DNA of 64,000 nt. Origin: an uncultured Candidatus Rokubacteria bacterium (lineage in GTDB: Bacteria; Methylomirabilota; Methylomirabilia; Rokubacteriales; CSP1-6). A model generated the notes under the pieces. The model made no database searches and had not been told where the DNA came from. It worked only from the letters and a program-made list of their open reading frames with translations. Both the position numbers and the translations under genes were made by a program. Positions within the stretch are counted from its first letter, which is position 1. Every line of letters begins with the position of its first letter. Positions 55,245-64,000 of the stretch are shown here, in pieces. Where the stretch lies: NCBI GenBank assembly GCA_963754315.1, contig CAVWFS010000011.1, forward strand, positions 96,001 through 160,000, read 5' to 3'.

Positions 55245-55958
55245 TCAGGGAGACAGGGTCACGATGCGAACGGGGAACTCCCGGTCGGCCGTCGCCAAGA
55301 GCGGTAGGGCCACGTTGTAGACAGGAACGTCCGCGGCCGTCCGCCCCTCCAACGTGCCGTTATGGGCGTGACCGTGGAAGACAGCGGTGACGGGATAGCG
55401 GGTGAGGGGCTCCTCGAGACGGCTCGAGCCGAGAAACGGGAAGATTTCGAGAGGCTCGCCTTCGACCGTTGCACGGATTGGCGCGTAGTGGAGGAGGACG
55501 GCGCGCTGGGTTGTGCGGAGACGGGCGAGAGCCCCTTCCAGTTTCAGCGTCTCGTCGATGGCTTCGTGAACGAACTGCTTGATGGTCGGCTCGCCCCAGG
55601 GGCCGAGAGCCCGGGCTCCGAATCCTCCCGCGAATCCCTTGACCCCCGCGAAACCCACCCCCCCGATCTCACGGGCATCCCCATCGAGGATGTCCACGCC
55701 CGCCTCCCGGAGGATGGAGCAGACGTCGTCGGCTTTCCCGGATTCCAGATCGTGGTTGCCCAGGACGGCGAGGATGGGCACCCGCACGACCGCCAGTTCT
55801 TTGGCGAGGATGTGAGCCTCCTCGGGCAGACCGTAGTCCGTCAGATCTCCGCAGAGGACGAGGACGTCAGCCCGATCGGCGATGCGCGAGAGCCAGGGCT
55901 GGAGCGCTCCCTGAGAGTTCTTCGTGCAGTGCAGGTCACCGACGGCAGCGATTCGCAT
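55245..55958 (-). CDS. Calcineurin-like metallophosphoesterase
   Basis: GDLH, GDLT, GNHD, H, HGHAH. Confidence 0.92.
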   Translation of the reverse strand: MRIAAVGDLHCTKNSQGALQPWLSRIADRADVLVLCGDLTDYGLPEEAHILAKELAVVRVPILAVLGNHDLESGKADDVCSILREAGVDILDGDAREIGGVGFAGVKGFAGGFGARALGPWGEPTIKQFVHEAIDETLKLEGALARLRTTQRAVLLHYAPIRATVEGEPLEIFPFLGSSRLEEPLTRYPVTAVFHGHAHNGTLEGRTAADVPVYNVALPLLATADREFPVRIVTLSP

Positions 55959-56835
55959 CGGAGGGGAAGCTGGCGGGTGGGCGCGGATGGGTCAGCTGCG
56001 GTGCCTCGTGGTCGATGTCGGCTGTCCAGATGGCGATCTCCTCGGGAGTCAGCGCCCCGTACGGGGCCATGCGTGCGTCCGCGTAGCCCCCCGCCTCCAC
56101 ATCGGGAAGGTATTGCTCGCGCGAAATCAGTGTTCCCTGACACAGCCCGGGGGTGCGTGGGTGATCGGGACGTAGGTCATCAGCCAGGCGGTCGAGGAGG
56201 ACGCCCATGACCCACCCGGGGACCTTGCGCCGCTCGTCCGGATACACGAAGCCGAACAGGATCAGGTGACTCAAGAGCACGCGCCAGTGCTCACCGAAGC
56301 GGTCGAGGAGTCGTCGCCAGCGGAAGCGATGCGCCTGGGCGCTGATGAGATGCGCTACGTCGGCGCCGTCGAAGCGCTCACGCTCCATGACGAAGCCCTT
56401 AGACCAGATCATTTCTTCGGGTGGCACCAAAGGCCGGATTTTTCCCAGCACAGGAGCCGGCACCGCGTGCTCGAACCACGCCTCGTCGACGGTGGCCAGG
56501 CCGTTGCCGGAGCTGAAGATGATGTCGACGCAATCGTGTCCTCCATAGACCTTGCCGAGCCAGTGCGGAAAGGTCAGCTCCGTGCGGTATCCGCGCTTCG
56601 CGAGGATCGCCAGGGCGCGTTCGTGATCCGTCGGGCGAACGAAGATGTCGAGGTCTTTCGTATCGCGCGTGATCCCGGTGTAACTGGCGAAGGCGTAGGC
56701 GCCGCCGACGAGAAAGGGCACGTCAGTGCTCTGGAGCCCCTGCATGACGGCACGGTAGAACGCGAGGGTTACTTTGGGGAGGGGCGCCGGCGGGGCTGGA
56801 CCCTCCGTCATCTGTATCGTTCTCAGTGTGCTCAT
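55936..56835 (-). CDS. Nucleotidyltransferase family protein (pol beta superfamily)
   Basis: LVGGAYA....R.TKDLD and a downstream VDII. Confidence 0.85.
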   Translation of the reverse strand: MSTLRTIQMTEGPAPPAPLPKVTLAFYRAVMQGLQSTDVPFLVGGAYAFASYTGITRDTKDLDIFVRPTDHERALAILAKRGYRTELTFPHWLGKVYGGHDCVDIIFSSGNGLATVDEAWFEHAVPAPVLGKIRPLVPPEEMIWSKGFVMERERFDGADVAHLISAQAHRFRWRRLLDRFGEHWRVLLSHLILFGFVYPDERRKVPGWVMGVLLDRLADDLRPDHPRTPGLCQGTLISREQYLPDVEAGGYADARMAPYGALTPEEIAIWTADIDHEAPQLTHPRPPASFPSDANRCRR

Positions 56836-56910
56836 GAGAGCCGTACCGTATTCACCCAGCGTGCCATCTGGCGATGTCCGCGCACCGACCTCAGCGACAC
56901 CCATTGACGG

Positions 56911-57711
56911 TCAACGCGGCCATTCGACGTTTGCCATTTCCAGTCGCCAGACCGGGCCATTCAAATACATCGCCCCCTCGAATCGCACGAAGGCTGGCAC
57001 TTCTCCCGTCACGAGCCAGTACCGGAGATCGGGCGGGTCCTTGCCAATGACGGGCGCGATCAGCCCCGCAAGCCCCTGCAGTTCGAGTTTGACAAGATGG
57101 CGTGTGGCTTTCTTGGCCGCCGGGCCCACTCGGACCTTGTCCTCTCCCTCCGCTGTCAGCTGGGCCTCGATGAGCCGCGGCTTCGGAGTGAACGCGGCGA
57201 TCTTCACGAGGGCCGGTGTTCCGCCGGGGAGGTTCTTGAGCAGGGTGAGGGTCAAGCCGTTATAGAGGTCGGCAGGCATGTCGAGCACACCGGTGGCAAC
57301 CTTCTCCTCGTCGCCTTTCTTCTCCTGGGTCCGCGCCTGGTACTGTCCGCTCTTGCGATCGAAGGAGATGGCGGCGGTCGGTAGCGACGGACCCTGCTGA
57401 AGATGGCGATAGGCCTCGAGGCGAAAAACGCCGGCCTGGGTAAAGGTCACCGTCTCGTCGAAGAGCGAGCCGTCACGAAACTGCAGAACGAGCCGACTCT
57501 CAATGGCATTTCCGACGGGCTTCTGGCGGAGCTCTCCGAAGGCGATCGGCGACCCTCCCGGCGGGGCCAGTACGAGGAATCCGCGGGCAACACCTTCCTT
57601 GAACCGCACCTTGATGGGCTCGGCGATGGACGGAGCGGGTCCAAGAACGAGCAGGAACACAAAGGCCAGAGACCCTATGGCCAAGGTCCCACCTGTTCGT
57701 CGCCGACGCAT
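56911..57711 (-). CDS. Hypothetical exported beta-rich protein
   Basis: Signal peptide; EG..RGFL.L, D.YNG, P.FVRFEG..Y..GP.WR. Confidence 0.75.
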   Translation of the reverse strand: MRRRRTGGTLAIGSLAFVFLLVLGPAPSIAEPIKVRFKEGVARGFLVLAPPGGSPIAFGELRQKPVGNAIESRLVLQFRDGSLFDETVTFTQAGVFRLEAYRHLQQGPSLPTAAISFDRKSGQYQARTQEKKGDEEKVATGVLDMPADLYNGLTLTLLKNLPGGTPALVKIAAFTPKPRLIEAQLTAEGEDKVRVGPAAKKATRHLVKLELQGLAGLIAPVIGKDPPDLRYWLVTGEVPAFVRFEGAMYLNGPVWRLEMANVEWPR

Positions 57712-57741
57712 GCTGTGGGACGCTCCGTCGACGGCGGCCGC

Positions 57742-58209
57742 TCAGGCAGCCTGACGGGATCGTGAGGACGCGTTCGCTGTGGATGTCGCCACGCCAACCC
57801 GGTGGACATACACCATTTCTCCACCGAGCCATCCGGAGACACCCAGGAGGAGGACCCCCACGATGGAAAGCGTGAGGGGAATGGCGTCAGGTACGGCCAG
57901 GGCTAGGCGGATCCACGCGTTGACGGAAAAGAGAGCGACGAGGACGAGATTGAGCACCATGTGGATTGTGCCGAGCCGTTGAACCTGAGCTGTTCGGAGT
58001 GAGAACCAGTCGATAAACCCCGGAATGGCGGCGAGCAATGCCCCAGCAATGCCCCCCACCATCGTATAGAGCGCAGCATTCTTCCAGTTCGGGCTTCCCC
58101 AGACCAGGGCGATGATGTCCGACGCGAGTGAGAAGACCCAGAGACCTATTGGGAAAGCCACCAGGATCGGATGAATTGGGTGCCGGGCAATACTCGCTGG
58201 CGTACTCAT
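57742..58209 (-). CDS. DUF2231 membrane protein
   Basis: HPIHP.LV.FPIG, G.ID, H..LN, GWLGGEMVY...GV. Confidence 0.9.
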   Translation of the reverse strand: MSTPASIARHPIHPILVAFPIGLWVFSLASDIIALVWGSPNWKNAALYTMVGGIAGALLAAIPGFIDWFSLRTAQVQRLGTIHMVLNLVLVALFSVNAWIRLALAVPDAIPLTLSIVGVLLLGVSGWLGGEMVYVHRVGVATSTANASSRSRQAA

Positions 58210-58222
58210 GGCCAATCGAAGG

Positions 58223-58238
58223 TGCAACCCAAGTGCCA
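58223..58238 (-). promoter_or_regulatory. Putative sigma54 promoter
   Basis: TGGCACTTGGGTTGCA, consensus match. Confidence 0.78.
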
Positions 58239-58417
58239 GCGAGCGCGTTCTTGACAGGAGCCCGTGCCACGGCGCGTGCGAGCCATGCTGAGCCACGCCA
58301 CGCCGGGAGTCAGGCGGCCATTGCTATCAGGGGGTACTTTCTACAAAACGCCTCCCCGAACCGTAGTTGATCTCTTCGTCGCGAGCGGTAATCTGGCGCG
58401 CTCGAGGCATGTTGTGA

Positions 58418-58433
58418 TGGCACCGGTATTGCG
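58418..58433 (+). promoter_or_regulatory. Putative sigma54 promoter
   Basis: TGGCACCGGTATTGCG. Confidence 0.75.
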
Positions 58434-58445
58434 GCTCCCGCCGGC

Positions 58446-58876
58446 ATGACCCAACGTTCTTCCTCACACGACAAGGCGAAGCAGATGGCGCGGAATCAAA
58501 GACTTGTCCTTATGGTGGTCCTGGCATTGACCGTGTGCCTTCCTCATGCGTATTCGAGACAGCCCGAGTTGGTGCTGAGTCCCAATGGGAGGCTGAGCGC
58601 CAGCAAGCCGCGAAGCTTCGCATGGTGGAAGGCAGAGTCACGAAGGTGGAAGCGGGCACGCTGGCGATCGCATGGGGTCCGTTTGGCGTCTTCAGCAAGA
58701 CGCTTGAGGTAGGAGGAGAGACGCGCATTCGCGTCATTGGTCGGCCGGCCACCATAGAGGACATTCGCGAGGGCGCTACGATCAGAGCTGGCTACCAGAG
58801 CGCTTCGGGTCGGAACATCGCCAAGACTGTCGACATGGTGCTGGCGCCAATCGTCAGCGCCCGCGCGGCACCATGA
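58446..58876 (+). CDS. Exported OB-fold/DUF5666-like protein, apparently frameshifted near 58535-58560
   Basis: Signal peptide in one frame; VEGRVTKVE...TLEV...TRI......ATIEDIREGA.I.A.Y domain in another. Confidence 0.55.
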
Positions 58877-58989
58877 GCCCTTGAGGAGAGAGGCCCCCCC
58901 ACGTCGAACCGGCCGCGATAGAGTGGTAGGATGCGAGCGCTGCTTGGGGGTCATGCGATGAGGCCGCTCAAGACCCAGCGTGGGCGGTC

Positions 58990-61224
58990 ATGCCGGGCGT
59001 GACGGTGGGGAGGTTCTCGCGGCTTCGTCTACGAACCTCGCTGGTTGCTCTGGTAGCCCTGTCTCTGCTTCCGGCCATGCTGTTCAGTGGTCTCGTCGTC
59101 CGCGAACTGTGGCGTCAGCAGGTCAACGAAGTCGGGGAGACGCTGCGCGGGACGAACGCGGCGCTCGTGATCGCGGTCGACAGCGAACTGGCCAGCACGA
59201 TCAGAACCTTGCGCGCCATCGCAGAATTGCCCGCGTTCGAGAAGGGGGCCTTGCCCGACATCCACGCCGAGCACCAGCGCCTCTTGCTCCTTCAACCCGC
59301 CTGGAGCGCCATCGCCTTGCTGGCGGCGGACGGCACCCCCCTGAGCGACACGCGAGTCCCTCTGGGCACACCACTGACCAGCGTTGCTGACCGACGACAC
59401 ATTGCCCGGGTCGGCGTTTCACTGAGCCCGGCCGTCTCGGATGTCTTCCTGGACGGGGCGAGAGCGTATGTGGTGGACGTGGCCGTCCCGGTCCTCCGTG
59501 ACGGCCGCCTGAGAAACATCCTCTTGGCCTCCTTGCGGCTCGATCGGCTCCGGGAATTGTTCCTCACCTCTGACGTCGTGCCGATGGAAGGGGTGGCGGC
59601 CATTCTGGACTCCCAGCTCCGTTTCGTGGCCCGTACCCGGGACCCGGAGCGACAGATCGGGCAGAGCGCGACACCAGAACTTGCGGCGCTCCTGCAGTCG
59701 ACCGCCCGGGGATTTGGCCGGTACAAGACGCTCGAGGGGGACGATGTGTACACGGCCTGGATGCCAACGGCGCACGGGTGGCGTGTGTCACTCGGCATTC
59801 CGGCCGAGCCGATGGATGGCGCGCTTCGTCACTCGCTTCTCTGGATGCTCGTGGCGGGCCTCGCGGCTTTTGGCCTCAGCATGGCGGCCGCCCTTGGGTG
59901 GAGCGCGCGCCTGGGTGGAACGATCAGCCGAGCAGCGGCCTCGGCTGCTCGCCTGGGCACGGGCGAGCCGCCCGGCCGGGCCTCGTCGGCCATTGAGGAG
60001 CTTCATGCCTTGCAGGCTGCGCATCTCGACGTCGACGCTCGTCTTCGCCATGAGCATGAAGAGCGCCAGCGTTCCGAGGCGGAGCGAGTTCGACTCCTGG
60101 CGATTGCCGAGGTGGCGCGAGCCGAAGCGGAGCGAACGAACCGCGCCAAGGATGAATTCCTGGCCATGCTCGGCCATGAACTGCGCAATCCGCTGGCCGC
60201 CATCGCGCACGCCGCGGCGGTCCTCGATCTGACGGACAAGACGGACACTCGGGCAGCGGCGGCCCGCCAGATCCTGCAACGGCAGGTTCGTCACCTGGCC
60301 CGTATCGTGGACGATCTGCTCGACGTTGCGCGCATGACTACGGGCCAGATCCTTCTCGAGTTGCGGCCACTCAACCTGGCCCAGTCCGTGGAAAAGTGTC
60401 TCACCAGCCTGGCCGAACAGCTTCGGGGCCGTCGCGTCGTGCCGATGCTCACGCCCGTCTGGGTTCAGGCTGACGAGACTCGGATCGAGCAGATCGTGAG
60501 CAATCTGCTGACGAACGCGCTCAAGTACACCCCCGCGGACAAGAGCATCCGGGTCATTGTGGCCCGCGAGGACAGGGAAGCGGTCCTCCGCGTGGAGGAC
60601 GAAGGAACGGGCATTCCGGCCTCGCTGCTGCCGCATGTGTTCGATCTGTTCGTCCAGGGCCGGCGCACGGCCGATCGGCGCATTGGTGGCCTGGGCTTGG
60701 GACTCACCTTGGTGCGACGCCTGGTGGAGCTACACGGTGGTCGCATCGAAGCCGTCAGCCCCGGCACCGATCGGGGCAGCACGTTCACCGTGTGGCTTCC
60801 CGAGCATGCGCCGCCGGCGGTTGTCGAGCCGCCGATGGTAGGCGGGCTGGCGCCGAAGCCGCGCCGCGTGCTCATCGTCGAAGACAATGCCGACGCGCGC
60901 GCCATGTTGCGGACGTTGCTCGAAGCCGAAGGTCACAAAGTGCACGAGGCTGCGGATGGTCTGACGGGCGTGGAGGCCGCCCTTCGACTCGACGTGGACG
61001 TGGCTCTGATCGACCTGGGCCTACCGGGCATCGACGGATACGAGGTCGCACGCCGTGTCCGTTCCCACGGCCTCGGCATCCGGCTCATTTCGCTGAGTGG
61101 ATACGGACAACCAGAAGACTACGCGCGAGCGAAAGAGGCAGGCTTCGACGCGTCGTTCGTCAAGCCGGTGAGCCCTGAGACCCTCCACGAAGCCGTCGCG
61201 CTGCGAACCGAGCGGAGCGGCTAG
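58990..61224 (+). CDS. Membrane hybrid sensor kinase (Cache-like sensor-HisKA-HATPase-REC)
   Basis: Two TM segments; FLAMLGHELRNPL, NALKYT, GGLGLGL, IDLGLP. Confidence 0.93.
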   Translation: MPGVTVGRFSRLRLRTSLVALVALSLLPAMLFSGLVVRELWRQQVNEVGETLRGTNAALVIAVDSELASTIRTLRAIAELPAFEKGALPDIHAEHQRLLLLQPAWSAIALLAADGTPLSDTRVPLGTPLTSVADRRHIARVGVSLSPAVSDVFLDGARAYVVDVAVPVLRDGRLRNILLASLRLDRLRELFLTSDVVPMEGVAAILDSQLRFVARTRDPERQIGQSATPELAALLQSTARGFGRYKTLEGDDVYTAWMPTAHGWRVSLGIPAEPMDGALRHSLLWMLVAGLAAFGLSMAAALGWSARLGGTISRAAASAARLGTGEPPGRASSAIEELHALQAAHLDVDARLRHEHEERQRSEAERVRLLAIAEVARAEAERTNRAKDEFLAMLGHELRNPLAAIAHAAAVLDLTDKTDTRAAAARQILQRQVRHLARIVDDLLDVARMTTGQILLELRPLNLAQSVEKCLTSLAEQLRGRRVVPMLTPVWVQADETRIEQIVSNLLTNALKYTPADKSIRVIVAREDREAVLRVEDEGTGIPASLLPHVFDLFVQGRRTADRRIGGLGLGLTLVRRLVELHGGRIEAVSPGTDRGSTFTVWLPEHAPPAVVEPPMVGGLAPKPRRVLIVEDNADARAMLRTLLEAEGHKVHEAADGLTGVEAALRLDVDVALIDLGLPGIDGYEVARRVRSHGLGIRLISLSGYGQPEDYARAKEAGFDASFVKPVSPETLHEAVALRTERSG

Positions 61225-61238
61225 GTTCGAACGCTCGG

Positions 61239-61446
61239 CTACCGCAGGGGGGCTTGCTCGCGAATGTCTCCCAGCACGTGGTGCTTGCTCGGGAATGCCT
61301 CCCAGCAATCCACATGGTACTGACGTCCGAGGAGTCGGTAGCGCCCAGCCCCGACGGGAATGGACTCGCCGCACCACGAGCAGGCCAGGACCGGGGAATG
61401 ACTCTGCTGCTGCTCGACGGTGACCGCGGCAGAGAAGATTGACATA
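61239..61446 (-). CDS. Small CxxC...HxxC putative zinc-binding protein (start approximate)
   Basis: GGGAGG before the ATG (MSIFS); CSWC-x18-HVDC. Confidence 0.5.
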
Positions 61447-61616
61447 GAAGCCTCCCGGGATTTCAGCGCATTTTCTACAATTGGTCGGACGCCTCGCGCG
61501 AGGGTGCCAGCTCCGGACCGCCCGCGTCCCTTGGAATTAGGCCGGGAATCGTCACGGATGGCTCGATGCACCCCACAGGACGGTCCGGTTGGCAAGGTAT
61601 CCACGCTGTGCGGAGC

Positions 61617-61632
61617 TGCAATGGCAGTGCCG
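61617..61632 (-). promoter_or_regulatory. Putative sigma54 promoter
   Basis: CGGCACTGCCATTGCA on the minus strand. Confidence 0.7.
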
Positions 61633-61676
61633 GGCAGATGACCGCTTCGGCATGAAAATTGGACCCGCCTTCTCGC

Positions 61677-62933
61677 ATGCGTAGACTCAAGGCCGCCGCC
61701 CTATGTCTGATCGGGATCCTGGTCTTCCTGAGCGCCGCCTGCGCGCGGGTGCGACCGCATTTCTCGCTCCCCGAAGTCGAGCTCGGAGATCCATCCTTTT
61801 ACCCCACCTTGCAAGCCTATGCGGGTGCGCCGATCGTGGAAGGCAATCACGTCACCATCCTCCTGAATGGCGACCAGATCTTTCCTGCCGTGCTCCAGGA
61901 GATTCGGGCGGCGCGGGAGTCGATCGCGTACGCCCAGTATTTTTACGAGGACGGGCCGATCGCGCGCGCGGTGGCCGAGGCGCTCGCCGAGCGATGCCAG
62001 GCCGGCGTGAAGGTTCACGTCCTGCTCGATGGAGTGGGCACCCTCTTCATGCCGGTCGAATACCAGGACCTCATGCGGCAATCCGGGTGTCAAGTCCAGG
62101 CGTTCCGGCCGGTCAGGCCCTGGTCCCTTCACAAAGCGAACTATCGCAACCACCGGCGACTGCTGGTCGTAGACGGTAAGATCGGCTTCACTGGGGGCTC
62201 CGGCGTCAGCAAGAAGTGGATGGGGGACGGGCGCACGAAGGATCATTGGCGGGACACGGACATCCGGGTGGAAGGTCCGGCAGTCGAGTGGTTGCAAGCA
62301 GCCTTCGTCGAGAACTGGCTCGAGGTGACCGGGGTGGCGCTGGGCGGCCAGGCGTATTTCCCCCGCCCCAATCCGCCCCGGGGCTCCGTCCTCGTCCAGG
62401 TTGTGCGCAGCTCCCCCGCTGGCGGCGACTCGGCAATGTACACGACCCTCCTGCTCGCCCTTTCCTCGGCTCGACGCTCGATCAGGATCACCAACCCCTA
62501 CTTCATGCTCGACGAAGCCATGACCGAGACCTTGCTCAAGCGAATTCGGGCCGGAGTCAGCGTGGAGGTGCTGTCCCCAGGCGCCATCGACCATCAACTC
62601 GTCCGACAGGCGAGCCGCGCCACCTGGGGGGATCTCCTGCGCGGGGGTGTCCGTTTCTACGAATACAAGCCGGCGCTCTTGCACGCCAAGACCATCGTCA
62701 TCGACGGAGTATGGGCGACGGTCGGGAGCACGAACCTCGACAACCGCTCGTTTGCCTTGAACGAAGAGCTGAACGTGGTGACCTACGATCGCGCGGTAGC
62801 CGCGCGGCTGGAGGCCATCTTCAGCGAGGATGTGGCGCACGCGGAGCGGGTGACCTACGAACGCTGGAAAGACCGTGGCCTCAAAGCTCGGCTCGTCGAG
62901 CTCGTCGTGATCCCTCTTCGCGATCAGTTTTAG
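61677..62933 (+). CDS. Cardiolipin synthase (ClsB-like), lipoprotein-like N-terminus
   Basis: L.NGDQIFP, NHRRLLVVDG, WRDT, LHAKTIVIDG, GSTNLD.RS..LN.E. Confidence 0.88.
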   Translation: MRRLKAAALCLIGILVFLSAACARVRPHFSLPEVELGDPSFYPTLQAYAGAPIVEGNHVTILLNGDQIFPAVLQEIRAARESIAYAQYFYEDGPIARAVAEALAERCQAGVKVHVLLDGVGTLFMPVEYQDLMRQSGCQVQAFRPVRPWSLHKANYRNHRRLLVVDGKIGFTGGSGVSKKWMGDGRTKDHWRDTDIRVEGPAVEWLQAAFVENWLEVTGVALGGQAYFPRPNPPRGSVLVQVVRSSPAGGDSAMYTTLLLALSSARRSIRITNPYFMLDEAMTETLLKRIRAGVSVEVLSPGAIDHQLVRQASRATWGDLLRGGVRFYEYKPALLHAKTIVIDGVWATVGSTNLDNRSFALNEELNVVTYDRAVAARLEAIFSEDVAHAERVTYERWKDRGLKARLVELVVIPLRDQF

Positions 62934-62953
62934 CTGTGAATGTGATCAGACCG

Positions 62954-64000
62954 TCAGGAGGAGCCGACGGGCACCGTCGACTCGGCTTTGGGCCGAAGGG
63001 GTGTCAGCCCATATAGCTGGTCCCGGCTTTCCTGCAAGGTAGCCCCCACAGCGTCAGCACCGGCTGCGAGCAGCGCTTCCGCGCCCTCCCCACCCAAGCC
63101 CGGAGGCCCCCAGCGGCCGACCAGTATTTTCAGATCCGGAAACGCAGCCCGCAGCTTCTTGCACAGGTATTTCGCGTGTGTGAGGCCACCGGGAGGGAGG
63201 GCGACCAAGCACACGGCAGGGTATGCGTGCTCCTTGACGAGAGCGACGACCTCCGACGAGAGGGTCCGGCTGGATGAGACGTCGAGAGTGACGCGGGTCG
63301 AGTCGAGAAGCGGCGCCCACATTCGCAATGCAATCTCGTCAGCCTCGCCACGAGCGGGACAGCCGAGCACGGTGAGGGAAGCGGTGCCTCTCGCCAGGTC
63401 GGGAGGGACCGAGGCCTGCGGGCTCGAGCTGGACTGAAGGTCGTCGAGGATGGCCGCCGTGCCCCGCAGCACGTTCTGCTCTTGCACCGACGACAGCTCT
63501 CCCGCATCGCGCCGAACATAGTTGAGCGCGGGCAGCATGACGGTGTCGTACGCGGTAGCGGGATCGGAACCTTCCAGAACGGCCTCGACGATCGCGGTGG
63601 CCTCGTCATGATCGTCGGCGAGGAGACGCTGATAGTAGGCAACGTCGGTGCTGAGAGCCGGCTGGTCACCCAGGAGCGTCGCGAGAAACTCCATGCTCGG
63701 AACATGACGGGCCAGCACCACGAGGCAGACCGTGAGCGGCGTCGCCATGAGCAGTCCGGCCGGCCCCCAGATCCATGTCCAGAAGGCGAAAGCGACCAGC
63801 AAGCCGACCTGAGAGACACCAGCCGCGCCCGCATAGAGGAGCGTCTCCAGTACGATGTTGGTGAACAGCTCGAAGACCAGGAACAGCGCTGCCACGAGCA
63901 AGGGGCGCACCCACCCGGGGAACACGGCCAGACTGAGGGTAACGGGAGCCAAGGCAGCGATCCAGGGACCGATGTAGGGGACGAACCGGAGCATCGCAGC
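62954..64000 (-). CDS. AI-2E family transporter with C-terminal B12-binding-like domain (5'-partial)
   Basis: RFVPYIG, W.WIWG..GL..A.PLTVCL, YYQRLLA.D..EA. Confidence 0.88.
   Translation of the reverse strand, partial: AAMLRFVPYIGPWIAALAPVTLSLAVFPGWVRPLLVAALFLVFELFTNIVLETLLYAGAAGVSQVGLLVAFAFWTWIWGPAGLLMATPLTVCLVVLARHVPSMEFLATLLGDQPALSTDVAYYQRLLADDHDEATAIVEAVLEGSDPATAYDTVMLPALNYVRRDAGELSSVQEQNVLRGTAAILDDLQSSSSPQASVPPDLARGTASLTVLGCPARGEADEIALRMWAPLLDSTRVTLDVSSSRTLSSEVVALVKEHAYPAVCLVALPPGGLTHAKYLCKKLRAAFPDLKILVGRWGPPGLGGEGAEALLAAGADAVGATLQESRDQLYGLTPLRPKAESTVPVGSS

Noticed and set aside
52309..56835. CBASS/Pycsar-type defence system (NTase, cyclase, PLD)
   Set aside because: The NTase is a short minimal type without recognisable CD-NTase features, the cyclase is the common TolB-linked type, and the context is stress rather than defence; not excluded without HMM searches.

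Overview
High-GC bacterial chromosome segment; gene content and G/C-rich palindromic repeats resemble Ca. Rokubacteria (Methylomirabilota), which is an inference. Positions 1-17.9 kb are mostly housekeeping: the end of the dcw cluster (ftsQ-ftsA-ftsZ-pgeF-yggS-proC-yggT-divIVA-DUF167), mtnA, a SagB-type oxidoreductase, an aminotransferase-phosphatase-hisZ-purA operon, an MFS transporter and an acetolactate synthase-like enzyme. pgeF is bracketed by inverted copies of a ~73-95 bp palindromic element, one of which appears to be translated as its N-terminus. Positions 17.9-64 kb look like a general-stress island. It carries a fully split NHEJ set (stand-alone LigD POL, LIG and PE, plus Ku), a PolX-PHP with a degenerate polymerase site next to an unannotated YaaA-like gene, SodC, CBS, MscS/YihY, lipid enzymes, a poly-HAMP hybrid kinase with two more hybrid kinases, a nucleotidyltransferase/metallophosphoesterase pair and many small proteins. 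The main unannotated signal is about 12 sigma54-type (-24/-12) promoters in front of these stress genes, three pairs of them divergent, one pair enclosing a triple direct repeat. Five products of these units end in Ala-Ala. No rRNA, complete tRNA, CRISPR array or transposase was seen. Several 1-nt frameshifts could be assembly errors. All calls come from motif reading, without database searches.
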